From assembly GCA_907165135.1 (NCBI GenBank), contig OU015569.1:12276001-12340000 (forward strand): a stretch of DNA of 64,000 nucleotides, in the 5' to 3' direction. The stretch's first letter is position 1, and each line of letters starts with the position of its first letter. Made by a program: the position numbers and the translations under genes. Below, piece after piece: positions 45,781-58,030 of this stretch. The notes beneath the pieces were generated by a model. It was not told where the DNA came from. It did not search any database and worked only from the letters and a program-made list of their open reading frames with translations. The DNA comes from Oikopleura dioica. Its lineage: Eukaryota; Animalia; Chordata.

Positions 45781-46637
45781 TGAGCACAGGCAAGATTTCT
45801 TGAGGTGAAAAACATGAGTTAAAAACTCGGGAAAATTGCCAAAAGAAGTTTGTCAGATTTGGCGGATGTTTCATTCAGAGTTGGCATAAATCTGCCTTCG
45901 AAAAATAAATGTGGCTCGATGTTATGTTTATGTGGGTGATAATTTGTTTGCTCCGGCGCTGTCACTTGGCGGTGCTAAACCCCTTTTCGCGCCCATCACA
46001 GCGGCTCTCCTCTTTGAACGACTTTGGCCCGTCGCTCAGACGCCATAATCGCCCCTTTCTCAGAAAAATTAGCAAAAGCAGATTCATGTGTGAAGTAACA
46101 GCGCGTTTTTCCATTTTGCGCCGCAAATATTTGCCAATTTTATAAAATAAACAGCAATCAAAGCAATCAACCTTCTTCTCAGTCCAAGTCGAAATTTCCA
46201 GCGTCAACCTTGTGGAATACAATTTTAACACAGAAGAATACGAAGAGCGCAAATGAGTGAGATGCAAATGAGTGATTGTGAATCTGGCGGCTGGCGTCCG
46301 GATTTGGTGTCATTGTGTGGATTCACGTAGTTTCCGAAAGGGCTCTCCGCGATGTGGCGGGCACTCTCTCGAACGGCGCATCAATCAACCATCTCTCCAT
46401 TATCATCAAGCACCGCTCGGTGCTCACCCACCAATTAACTCAGAGTGCCCAGCTTGTTTATCCCCGTCCTCGCAGAGAGCCTGCACGTTCATCAAACACT
46501 ATTCAACCACGTTGCCAACACTTCACGAATCTTTTAGCTAAATACTCGATACTAAAACTTATGCATATTTCTTCTTCAAAATATAAAATAAGGGTATCGC
46601 GTCGTAATTCATTTTCAGCCTAAAGTTCAATACTAAG

Positions 46638-46964
46638 CTGGACATCCTTTGTTGAAAACCTGAGTCAGGTTTTGAAAGGCTCAAATGAAAAGCCGCGCAG
46701 CTACTTTTCTAAACGAAGCCGCAAAGCGGCTTCGCCAGTATTTAAAAAATTCAAAAGGTAATGTTTCGAAGCCGCTTCGCGGCTTCGTTTAAAAGCCGCT
46801 GTGCGGCTTTTCATTTGCGCTCAGAGCCTAACATTACCTTTCGAATCTTTTTAATACTGGCGAAGCCGCTTTGCGGCTTCGTTTAGAAAAACCGCTACGC
46901 GGCTTTTCATTTAGGCTCTTCAGAAAACCTGAGTCAGGTTTTCTACACAGGTTGCCGAGCTCAG
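46638..46964. mobile_element. Compound, degenerate CTGGGCTCGG-family MITE
   Basis: Family motifs with a duplicated right arm; no TSD found. Confidence 0.7.
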
Positions 46965-47890
46965 GACCAAGAACTCGTGATAACAAGTTTATTACTTTTG
47001 AAAGTTCATTTTAGTTTGAATGTGATGATATTCTTTTCTTTGAAGGAAAGAAATCTTCTCAGATTCAGTTCAAAAGAAATGATATTTTTGAATTTTTCAT
47101 TTCAGTGTTTTGTGTTTACGAAATTAGGGAGTTAAGGCGTTTGCGGTTCCTCCGGATTGTTGATTTGTTTGGATTTGCTTTTTTAATTTCTGTGTTTTTA
47201 TATTTTCTGGCAAACGTGAAAGATGCCAGTCGCCGCTGCCGGAATTGGATTACTGCTCGAATGCCTAAGACTTCCCCAGCCGAGCCCTTCATCCACTTTT
47301 TCAGCGCTTCCGCGCCCAGTAAACACCAAAGCCGAAAACGAATTCAAGAAAAGAAAACCCTTGTTTTTGTCGTTTTTTGGGGCTGAATATAAATTAATTC
47401 TAAGGTCGGCAACCTGTGTTGAAAACCTGACTCAGATTTTCTGAACAGCTTCATTTACTTCTTTAGATCCTGTCTTAGGTTTTCTACTCAGCTTGCCGAG
47501 ACCAGTCTTGGTCATTTGAAGGAGAGAATAAAATTGATGACCCGTGGCAGCGATAATTTTCCATTTACGATTATTGTTGAGAATCGAAATTATCATTTTT
47601 CGATTTTTTCGACAAAAATATAAAATGACTTCTTGAGCTCTTATTTTCCTTAGTGTTTCGCCGCATTCTCTGGAGAAGACGATACCGGAACGGGCGATGA
47701 TGATTCAAATAAGAGAAAATGAATGATTTACAAAATGAAAACAATTAAATCGAATGTGTTTAGAAATATGATCGCTCGCTATCTCAAAAATCAATAAAAA
47801 ATAAACAATCAGTTTTTGTCAATCCCGCTTGGTTTTTCTTAAAATGGCTTTATTTATGTTTGCATATACAATTTTGAAAAGGAGTTCGAG

Positions 47891-48180
47891 CAGGGTTGCA
47901 AATTTTCTGGGCTGAGTGAGCTGAGCAGGCGCTCAGCTCAGTGCTTTTCGAAAGTGATCTGTTCTGCTCAGCTCAAGTATTTGAGGACAAGGCTAGCTTA
48001 GCCCTGCTCAGATTGCACTCATATACTAGTAAAAATACAGTGGAAAACTGCTCAGCTCAGCTCAACCAGCTCAGCTCTAAAAGGGTCTGCTCAGCTCAAA
48101 TCTATTAAAAATGTCTGCTCAAAAAAGGACAGCTAAGGTCCGCTCAGATCTGTAGAAATAAATCAAAATTTGCAACTCTG
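47891..48180. mobile_element. hAT-like (GAGCT)n MITE, second copy
   Basis: CAGGGTTGCAAATTT ... AAATTTGCAACTCTG; decayed TSD AGTTCGAG / AATTTGAG. Confidence 0.75.
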
Positions 48181-49048
48181 AATTTGAGGCAACAAATCGA
48201 CTTTTATAGGCTTTAAATTATACCGGCTTTTGGAAAGTATTTATGATCATTTGAAGTTGAAAATAAAATTGATGACCCGTTGCAGCGATAACTTTCCATT
48301 TACGAGCACCGACTCTGGCCCAGATTGAAAGAAGAATTGATTTGTTTTCGTTTTTTCAAGAGAATTTCGCTTTTTTATATTTTATAAAATGACTCTCGAG
48401 AATCAACGTCGATTGGTCTTTGGTTGACTTCTTGAATAAATTGAGAAGAATAAAGAAGACTGCGTCGATTTACAAAATGAAAACTAGTGGTAGTTCTTTT
48501 CTGTAATACCCATTCTGAATTTGAGCAATTTGAGCGACTGCAACCAAAAATTAACTCAAAAAAATTATTTAAATCGAAATCTCTTTTTGCATATCCTGAA
48601 ATTTCAATTTATGAAAGGTAGATTTTCTTCAAAAATTTACTGTTGGATTTTTTCTTTTCTAAAAAAGTGAGCTGCAGGCTTTGTCGGCAGCGGGGCTGGT
48701 GATTCTAGTACAAATAGTTTGGTTTCCTTTCGCCCTTAAGAAAAAGAAGCTCGCTTTGGAAAAGTCGTCCTTCTTCGGAGGAGTCTTATTTTATCGTGTT
48801 GTGAATATACTCAATCCCTCCGCGCGCGATCCCTCTTCAATTTCCGTATTTCGTCGATTTTCGGCATTATCTTCGCCACAAAACAAAACGAGCCTTTTTC
48901 TTTTTCCTTTTTTAGTCTTTATTTTTCGTTTAGAAATTTCAAAAGTTCATTTTTTTTTGTCTTTCTTTCTAAAAAAAGTGGTTGAAATCGAAGTTGAGAA
49001 GCAAAATCGACTCTTCAAAAAAAAAATTCAATATAATGACACCCTTAT

Positions 49049-49420
49049 TTCATTTCGACTCTCGAAAATCGAGAAGCCGCTTGCGGCTTCGAGCTCGAAG
49101 AAATAAAGAAAGATCCCCGACTGGGCTCTGAAATTTGTGTAGAAAACTCAGGGACTAAAAGATCTCAAATGAAAAGCCGCGTAGCGGCTTTTTCGAAAAC
49201 GAAGCCGCCTTGCTAGAATTCGAAAATTGATTTCGCGAACCCGCTTTGCGAAAATTTTCGAAAAAGCCGCTACGCGGCTTTTCATTCGAGATCTTTTAGT
49301 CCCTGACTCAGGTTTTCTACACAAATTTCAGAGCCCAGTCGGGGAACTTTTTTTTTTCGAGCTCGAAGCCGCAAGCGGCTTCTCAATTTTCGAGAGTTGA
49401 ATTGAAAAGTTAAGGGTGTC
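49049..49420. repeat. Nested palindrome: MITE core 49122-49338 with inverted rather than direct flanks
   Basis: ccccga-CTGGG...CCCAG-tcgggg; outer arms gacaccctta...gaagccgcttgcggcttc are also inverted. Confidence 0.8.
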
Positions 49421-50819
49421 AATATATTAAATTTATATTTGTGAAAAAGTCTGAAATAAACGTGCGTCTCTCTGGAAGAAGTCAATTTATGCGCTGGGCC
49501 TGATCAGTAGCGGTGCAAATATTTGGCGCTTTAAAATTACCGGGTTAAGGGTGTCTGCCCTAATTAGCAGCGTTATTCAATATAAACCGTTTCAAACAAA
49601 CTGGCGTTGTGTGTTTGGCCGTTTCCGAGTGTTGGAATTGTGCGGTGCCGCCGTAATTGGCCGAAATTCCGCTCTAAGAGGATCGAGGAAATATTTCGCA
49701 TTCCGATTGTGAAGTTAGATTAGACAAAATCACGTGACTCCAGCGCCGATTTCAGCCGATCTTTCTGATTCCGAAAGACTTCCTCCTCCTTTTTCCATTT
49801 CTTGTTTAGCAAAAACGTACACAGGTTACGAAAGAAAGCAAGGATCAACGCTCGATCGACGTTTTTTATCGCAGTCTCGAATCTACGCCGCGTCCCTTAT
49901 CAATAAACATCCCTAATGAGAAGTGCTTCAATTTGCTTCCCTTTTTCCCTAATCGTTGTTTTCAATTTTTCATCCATAAACAAGGAATTTTTCCTTTTTT
50001 TCTAAAAGAAAAGCTCCCAAACTATTTATCTTAAAGTATTAAGGGGTATTCTAAAGCTAAATTTTCAATCTGTCTTTTTTATCAAACTAGCATATTGATA
50101 CCCTTATTTAACCATTCCGAAATCTGCCAAAAAAACAAATAAAGCCTATCTTATTGTAATAAAAATAGGTTTCGAAGATACTTTTTGAATCGATGATGAC
50201 ACCCTTAAAATTTCAACTTATCGAAGCGACACCCTTAGCAAGTGAACGAGCGTGCTTGTTCTTTCTTGCCCTCAACCAACCATCGAACTACCCGACGAGC
50301 GAAAAATACTTCGAAAATCTTAAGGGTATCACCCCGAAATCACTGTTTGAAAAAATATTCCCACTTGACGGAAGGGTCCTTAAGTCGACTAGAATAACTT
50401 GCCAGTAAGTTCAATTTCCGAGTTATTCAAAGGACCGTCCCTTATTATTAAAAAATTAATGTATTATTAAGAATTATTTACTATTATTGAGAAAAAAATG
50501 AAAGAGTTAGTTTATTTTTGGTATTTTTTATTTACAGATTTCAACAATTTGAGGGTCGCTGAAAAAGCTTTGAATGAACAGGCAAAAATAATAAAAAGTT
50601 ACTTTTGCAGAATTTTTTTTTTTCGATTTCAATTTTTATTTTGATCTTGAAGAAAAGAGATCTGAGCACTCTCTTTTTGAGAAGCTCGTTTTTAACCGAT
50701 CGTCTGTTTTTGGAAGACGATTTGGAAAAAATTGATCAGCAAGTGGTAGCTTTTGGTTCGTTTAAGGGTCGCTTCTTGTCGCTCTTTTTTGTACAGTTAT
50801 GGGCGGAGATACAGTAATT

Positions 50820-53800
50820 TTAGACTTCGCAGACGTCGCCGGGCGTGTAGCTGTCGCGGGTGACGTAGCTCTGGTTCGTCGACTGTTCGGAGCCCGTGTG
50901 GTAGATGAAATCCAAGTCGCTGGAAAGCTGCGGCACGAGAGTCGCCTGCTGGCCGGCCCAGTAGCCTGGCGGGGAGAACTGTTCGGCCCGGAAGCGTAGT
51001 GGTGAGAAGAGGGAATCAACTTGACGTCTTGGGTGGCGTAGTTGCCAGCGACGCGGGTGATGTCGACGGGGGAGGTGCCGGAGATGAAGACCATTTTGTC
51101 GTTGGTTGAATTTCGGTTTCTGAAAAAAGGAGGGTTAATAATTATGTTTTAGAAATTTTTAGATTTTTTTGAAAAATTTTTAGAAAATTTTTGTAGAATT
51201 TTTTTAGGAATTTTTTTAGGAATTTAAAAAAAAAATTTTTTAAGAATAATTTTTAAAATTATTTTTAGAAATTATCAAAACTTATTCTTTGATAGCTTTC
51301 GGCTTCAAATTCGGAATACAATAATTTAGCCTCGCAGAAGTTTTTCTCACCTGAGACATCTGAAGATGAAGAAACTGGAGACAACGATGAGCATGACGAA
51401 GGCAGCTCCGATGGCGATTCCGATGATGAGCGCGGAGTTGTTTTCGATTTCTTCGATTTCCTCGGCGAGTGGTCCTTCTAAAGAAAAACTGTTATTTCGA
51501 GCTCTTTTTTTGAAAAATAAAAATTTCAAATTTATTATTTTTTTCTCGAGCCTCGAGCCTTTCCAGCTGCGTTTTTTATTATTTTTTGAACTCTTCTGAG
51601 TTTAATCTTTTAATCAATTAAAAAAGAGAAGGTTAATTGACCGAAAATCGCGTCAGAGCGAAAAAGCCATGAAATTCGCGACTCGCCAATTGTACTTTTT
51701 TAAACCCAAAACAGGGACTTGGCTAAATTAAATTTAAAAATGTCACAACGTATATCCCCGAAAAGGGGGTAATCAAATAGAACTCACCTTCTCCGCGGCT
51801 TCCGCTCGTCAGTTTTCCGTTGCTCGGCCCGTTTTCTTCCAGCAAAAAGTCCTCGGCTAAAATCAATGTTAAAAAATTCTCAAATTTCTCAAAAAATTTT
51901 CAAATTCGAAAAAATCCAAAAATTCAAAAAATTAAAAAAATTCAAAAATTTCAAAAATTTCTCAAAAAATTCTCAAATTTCGCGATTTCGAATTATCGTG
52001 CTCTAGATCCTTAATCCAAGAGCTAAGAAAAAGAAGGGTTGAGGATTTCCGCCTGAAATCCGTCTTCTTGCATGAGAAGCGCTAGAATTCACGCTTGAAT
52101 CGCCAATTTCAAAAATTGAGACGGCGGCTTGTTTTTGTATTTTTATCTTTGACAGTGTCGAAAAGACTCGGAATTTTTTAATTAGAGACTTGTGCGAAAT
52201 TCCAGCTTGAAGTTTCAATTCGTTTCAATTTCTAAATTAAAGAAAACAAATTTCAAAAGAGAAGGAAAAAACGCGTGTTATATAATTTCGCCGCGCTGTA
52301 ATTAAAAATCACTCAAAAAGAAAAAGGGAAAAATTAAGGGTGTCACTCACCTTCAACTGCGATGGCGAGTTTCATGTTGTGACTCGAGCAGCCACCGCCT
52401 TGTCTTTTGTCCATTCCGCTTTCGATTCCGTCGCCAGTTGCTGAACAGTTTAGTTAGTAAAGAAATACAGTAAGAATTACAATTAACTGTAAATAAAGAA
52501 TTTCTACAGATAAGCGTTTGGCCCATCTTTTAATGAAAGAAATTAAGGGTGTCGCTATCATAATTTTCCGAGAAAAAATGGCTTGAATTTTGAGTCGAAA
52601 TTCTGTTTATTTAACTTACTATCAGAACTGAACCAAAAAATGGAAATGCATTTTTGGATGTAATGACCAATAAGATTGCTGAATTTGGCCTACCGGCCAA
52701 TCAAAACCCTGATCCAGAAATTCACTTCCATTTATTGGTTCTGCCTTACCATCATTTTCGGGTAATCAAAATTTAACTTACAGATATAATAATAAGTCTC
52801 GCCGGGAAGAAATTCGAGTCCATAGGGCGACGGGTTAAGTTCTTGAAACAAGACAGTGTATTTCTTCTCCTTGGTCGGTTGATCGCAGCTGATGAGTCGT
52901 TTTCCTTGGGAGGAATCGCAGTTTCTAAAAATATTGATTTAAAAATTGAGCAAATTATTAAATTAAAACTTCGAAAAAGCTTATCATCTTTGACCCTTCG
53001 CAAATAAACCGTGAGAATAGGGCTTAACCCTTTTTCCTCCGCGCGCGCTAAGGAGTTAACTCCCTTAAGTGCCGTTTGAGCCGCGAAAAGTCCGATGATA
53101 AGGGGCTTTTGCTGCCAAAAAGACAAAAAGGGAGTGCACAGAAAAATCCCGAAAAATGCGGAAATTGCTGAAACTAATTTTATAACAATATCAAATTCAG
53201 CGGCGCAAATTTTCAAATTTGGCCCCGATCAATCTCAATTTTAAAGCTGCGCTCTGATCATCATCGCGCTTTTTTATCAAAAGAAGCTCATTTTTAACGT
53301 TTTCCACTTACTCGAATGCCTCCTTTGAAACTTCGTAGATCTTGTGAAACATCTTCCCATCGTGGGTTAACCCATCGCCGTGGCGAGGGCAAATCAGGTC
53401 CATTTTGTCGCCAATTCGGACGGTGATCTTGTGAAACGGTTCTGTCTCGAATCTAATAATAAAAAATTAATAAAAAATCTTTAAAAAATAATTTTCAAAT
53501 TTTCAAAATTTTCAATTTTCAAATTTTAAAATTTAACCCTGCAAGAGCATGTAACCTGCTGATAACTGCATGTTGCGTGAAACTTTTATGTTCTAGCGGT
53601 TCTTAATTTTCGCGATTTTCCCGATTTTCGCGCTAGAAAATTCTAATTCTAGCTTTTTAATAATTAATTTGAAAATTGAGGGGCCCCCTTCTGCTCCTCG
53701 AAAATTTCAAGGGCCCAAATTTTAAGGGACTGTGAAATAATGGCGGCCAAGGGCGAGTTAAGGGGCCAGCTGGAATATTGAAATATTGGCAAGTTCGATA

Positions 53801-55037
53801 TTTCAAGTTTCCAGCTGCTCGGGTCCAGATTTTTAACATTCCCAAGAGACAGAGGGTCAACTATACATTTTTAATACTGGTTTATATTTCATTCATTTTA
53901 AGGCGCTCACTGTCCAATTAGTGGGTCTGGCCGAGTAATTGACCTTTCCAGCCTCAATTTTTTCACTCAAGTTCACAAGCAACTCCAGCTGAAATATCGC
54001 TCGAGCGAAAATATCAAATTTGACCAGCGCGGAAAATATCCCTTTTTTTCCCGGAAAAAGGTCACGTGGCCGCGCGAGTCGCGACAGATAAGAGCATTGA
54101 ACACTTGTTTTATGTAAATTCAAAAAGAGGAAGAAAAAACCAAGGATAAATGTTTTTAATAAATATTTAGTTTTAATTGATAAAAGCTGAAACTTTCTTT
54201 TGGCAAAATAAAATAAGGGTGTCACTACCTTATCAATTTTGATAGATTTTTTGATTTCTAAAAAGCGTAATTGAAATCCCCGGAGCGGAAAAGAAGCCCT
54301 TGAGAATTTGATAATTCTGAGATTCTACTTCTCGCAACGTATCAATTAAAAAAGGGTTGAGAGCAAAAACGTGTGCAGCGGATTTTTCGATTTCAAAATG
54401 CAAAAATTCGGGTCTCCGTCCGTGTTTCTCCCCATTCCAGCGCAATGTTGGAAATTTCAAAAGAAAGCTCCTCCCTTTTTCTTTCCCTGGGGGCTGGGCT
54501 CGGCAACCTGTGTAGGAAACCTGAGTCAGGGTCTGAAAGATCTTTAATGAAAAGCCGCGTAGCGGCTTTTAAGAACGAAGCCGCAAAGCGGCTTTGCCAA
54601 CTTATCATTTCAATAAGTTGCAAAATCCGCGGCTTTTCATTAAAGATCTTTCGGACCCTGACTCAGGTTTTCTACACAGGTTGCCGAGCCCAGGGGCGGG
54701 GAGTTAGTTTATGATCGTTCTATTTTTTGGCGCCGATTCAAAAAAGAAGTGTATACTACTTATATTTTTAACTAAAGATTGGCATCATCAATTTATATAC
54801 ATTCGTTTATACGATACATTTGTTTTGGCTACAAAACAACTGTCGCGACTTCTGGGCGCCTTAAGTTTTTTTTCTTTATTTGTTGTAGTTTTTGCTCCGC
54901 TACTTTTCACTGCTTTCTTCAAATCGGAAATCGCAGTGCTTTCGATTAATCAAGTGCCTCTCCGAAAAATTGGAAAGTGTGCTCGCTCCTTTTGTTGAAA
55001 AAAGCGCAAACACAATAATTAGCAGCTCGAGTGCCAT
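50820..55037 (-). CDS. Ephrin-B-like transmembrane ligand; first exon tentative; frameshift in the last exon
   Basis: TLRWN, ITVRIGDKMDLICP, CDQPTKEKKYTVLFQELNPSPYGLEFLPGETYYYIS, GGGCSSHNMKL, TM LIIGIAIGAAFVMLIVVSSFFIF, tail ending DVCEV*. Confidence 0.85.
54494..54693. mobile_element. CTGGGCTCGG-family MITE inside the ephrin gene, no clear TSD
   Basis: Perfect terminal arms; G-rich flanks do not match over 8 bp. Confidence 0.85.
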
Positions 55038-56759
55038 TGAGCGGGCTGTTGCTACAGTTGGGCACACAGGGCCTTTCGCCAAATGGCGGTCCTTGTGTGA
55101 GCAGGGAGCGGCCCCTTCATTTTTAAGGGCTTCCGGATTTAAATCCCAGCCTTTGATCAAAAATGGCCATTTCGGAAATTCAAAATTCGAGATTCTGAAG
55201 TTTGAAGTTTTAAAAAATTGCTAATCCGATTTAAAATTCGCCCGTGTCTTTTTTCGCGAAATTTGTATATTGGGGAGTTTAGCTAAAAGGGTGGGGGCTC
55301 AGATGTGATGCGAAAAATTGACGCCTGTCTCCATAATCCACTTGGTTACGTAGCTGCCTGTAGCCCGAGCAGAAGCTGGCACCTCCTTAACCTAACTCAA
55401 CCCAATCAAAAACAGCTGGGAGGAGCGCTAAGGGGGTAGACATCAGTAATTCAATTTTTTCTTCAGATAAAAATTGATCATTGATGTCTACCCCTTAATC
55501 AAAAATAAGGGGTAGACACCGATATCCGAATTTTCACGATTATTGGTGTCTACCCCTTAATTTTTACCAAGTCTAAAACAGTTGTCTTTTCTTATTTTTT
55601 CTCACTCTTTGAAGTTGACAAATCAGTTCATTAAGGCTTAACCGGGCGTGGATGGCATTTTTTTAGCGAGAAACACGCGGGTTAGAACGCGGGACAAGTC
55701 ACCAAGCCCTGTTTATTCAAGAGTGTTTCTCATTCTCTAAAGACACCAATTAAGCCAACAGATAATGGTGCTGCATATAACCAGCTTAAGCCAAAAAAAA
55801 ATGCGTAACTAACTCAAGAGCCTTCTTTTTTTCCGCAAAAGGAAAATCATTAAGGGTATCCATCTGGGGATGGCGACCTGTGTAGAAGCCTGAGTCAGGG
55901 TCCTGAAAGAGCTTTAATAAAAAAATGATAAATTAAAGCTCTTTAAGGACCCTGACTCAGGTTTGCTACTTATACCGCCCATCCCTGTGTTGACCTGTGT
56001 CGAAAACCTGTGTTGAAAACCTGAGTCAGGGTCCTGAAAGAGCTTTAATAAAGCTTAAAGCAATTTAAAGCTCTTTCAGAACCCTGAGTCAGGTTTCCGC
56101 CCTTCCCATTTATGCATCCATAAATGTAGCGTGTCCTCAAGTCTCCTCAAGTCAGTTGGTGATTTCTCCCTTTGTTGGGGTCAACATTAACTTCTCCGGA
56201 AGCGGAAGAGCGCCACGAGAACCACAAGACAGAAGAAGAAAAAAAAGCCGTGTCGTTGGTTCCGTTTTCGCTGCATGTTAATTTCCAAATGAATGATGCG
56301 CGTAATACTACTTCCAGCTACAAGGCCGAAAAACAAGCGGCGGAGACGCGCCCAAAATATTCTTGAGTCGCCTTTTTTCATTTTTATTGTTGATTTTAGC
56401 GTTTTTGAATCTGGATTTTTTAAAATAGAAGTTTGAATTCGCGCTTGAGTGATTCTCCGAACGCTCTTTTTCTCGAGCTGGAATACGCTCCACTGCTTCT
56501 ATGAGGACCCTTTTCTCTCTCTCTCTCTTTCTATTTTCTGTCGTTAAGGGTATCACAGCGTTAACGCGATTAATTCCAGAACACAGTTTTTTTACGTTAT
56601 CGAAGATAGGGTACTAAAATCTGGGCTCGGCAACCTGTGTAGAAAGCCTGAGTCAGGGTCTCAAAGAGCTGAAATTAAAAGCCGCAAAGCGGCTTTTTTT
56701 TAAAAACGAAGCCGCGAAGCGGCTTTGCGAATATTACCATTACAATCTTTAAAAAATTC

Positions 56760-58030
56760 TCGTAATTTTTCTGACTCAAAATAACGGGAAAAAGAGCAGA
56801 GGATACCCTTAATATCTATTTATTATCGATATTAAGGGTATCTAAGGCTATTCTAAAAATTACGACAAAAAAGTAGTGGATACCCTTAATATCAATTATG
56901 AAAAAAATATTAAGGGTATCCACTTCTTTTTATCCAAATTTTTAGAGTAGCATATTTATTTCTTCATTAGTTTGACTGGCTCTTTTCCAACCCTTTTTTA
57001 ACCCTTTTGAAGCGGCCTAAAATTATCGCCTCGGCGAGATATATATAAAAAAAGCGGGCATACTTTCTTTTCGCGCCAAGTTCGCGAAAGAATCCTGTTT
57101 ACCGCCAAATATCGGCGCCCGCTTTTGATGATATCTCGGTGAGAAATAATCGATTCTTTAATTATTCGATTCTAGCGTTCTTTATTTTCCCTCACGTTTT
57201 TTCAAATTGGAATTTTTTCGCGAATTGTTTGCATGTTTTTTGGTTTTTAAACTCTTGTGTCAGAGTTTTTTGCTCTGCGGCTTTGTTTAATTTTCTTATT
57301 TTCCTGTTTAATTTAATTATCAAATTATTTACTTTTTTTTCAATATCGAATTTTGGAAAAAAGCGTTTCTAAAAAAGAAAGTTTTTTTTTTGTTTCCCGC
57401 GGGGAGATCCTTAAGAAGCAGCGGGGGGTCCTTAAGCGATCTTCTTAATGCGAATTACAGGGGGTCACCTCCTTAACAGATGCTTTCGCCTCGGGGCTGT
57501 GTCGAATTAAAAATTGAGAGTTGCGCCAAGTTGGGGGCAAAAAGACGCCGCCATCTGCGGTACTTGAGGTTCCCCCCTTAAAGTAGAAAAGGAGCAGTAA
57601 ACGTTTGTTGAAAGAAAAAACTTCTAAAAACTTGGGCGATACTGGCCAAATACTTCCAGCCATATTTCCAGCCCTGCGCAAATAAACGCATAAAAGCTAG
57701 ATTTTAACGCGCGCAAATACTTGACGATTCGAGCAGCACCTGAACGCGGCCCTTCTCTAGAATTATTCATTACTGTAACTGAAACTGTGTAGAAAAGGGC
57801 CTGAGTCAGGGTCTGAAAAATCTGTGCATTATCGATAAAAAATAGTTATTAAGGGTATACAAAAATTTGGACAAAAGAAGTGGATACCCTTAATAATTTT
57901 TCATAATTGATATTAAGGGTATCCACTCCTTTTTGTCGTAATTTTTAGAATAGCCTTAGATACCCTTAATATCGACTATAAATAGATATTAAGGGTATCC
58001 ACTGCTCTTTTGTCGTTATTTTGAGTCAGA
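56760..58030. repeat. ~180-bp inverted repeats (56760-56945 and ~57845-58030) made of TAAGGGTATC/GATACCCTTA modules around ~900 bp of unique DNA
   Basis: Direct complementarity of the arms. Confidence 0.8.
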
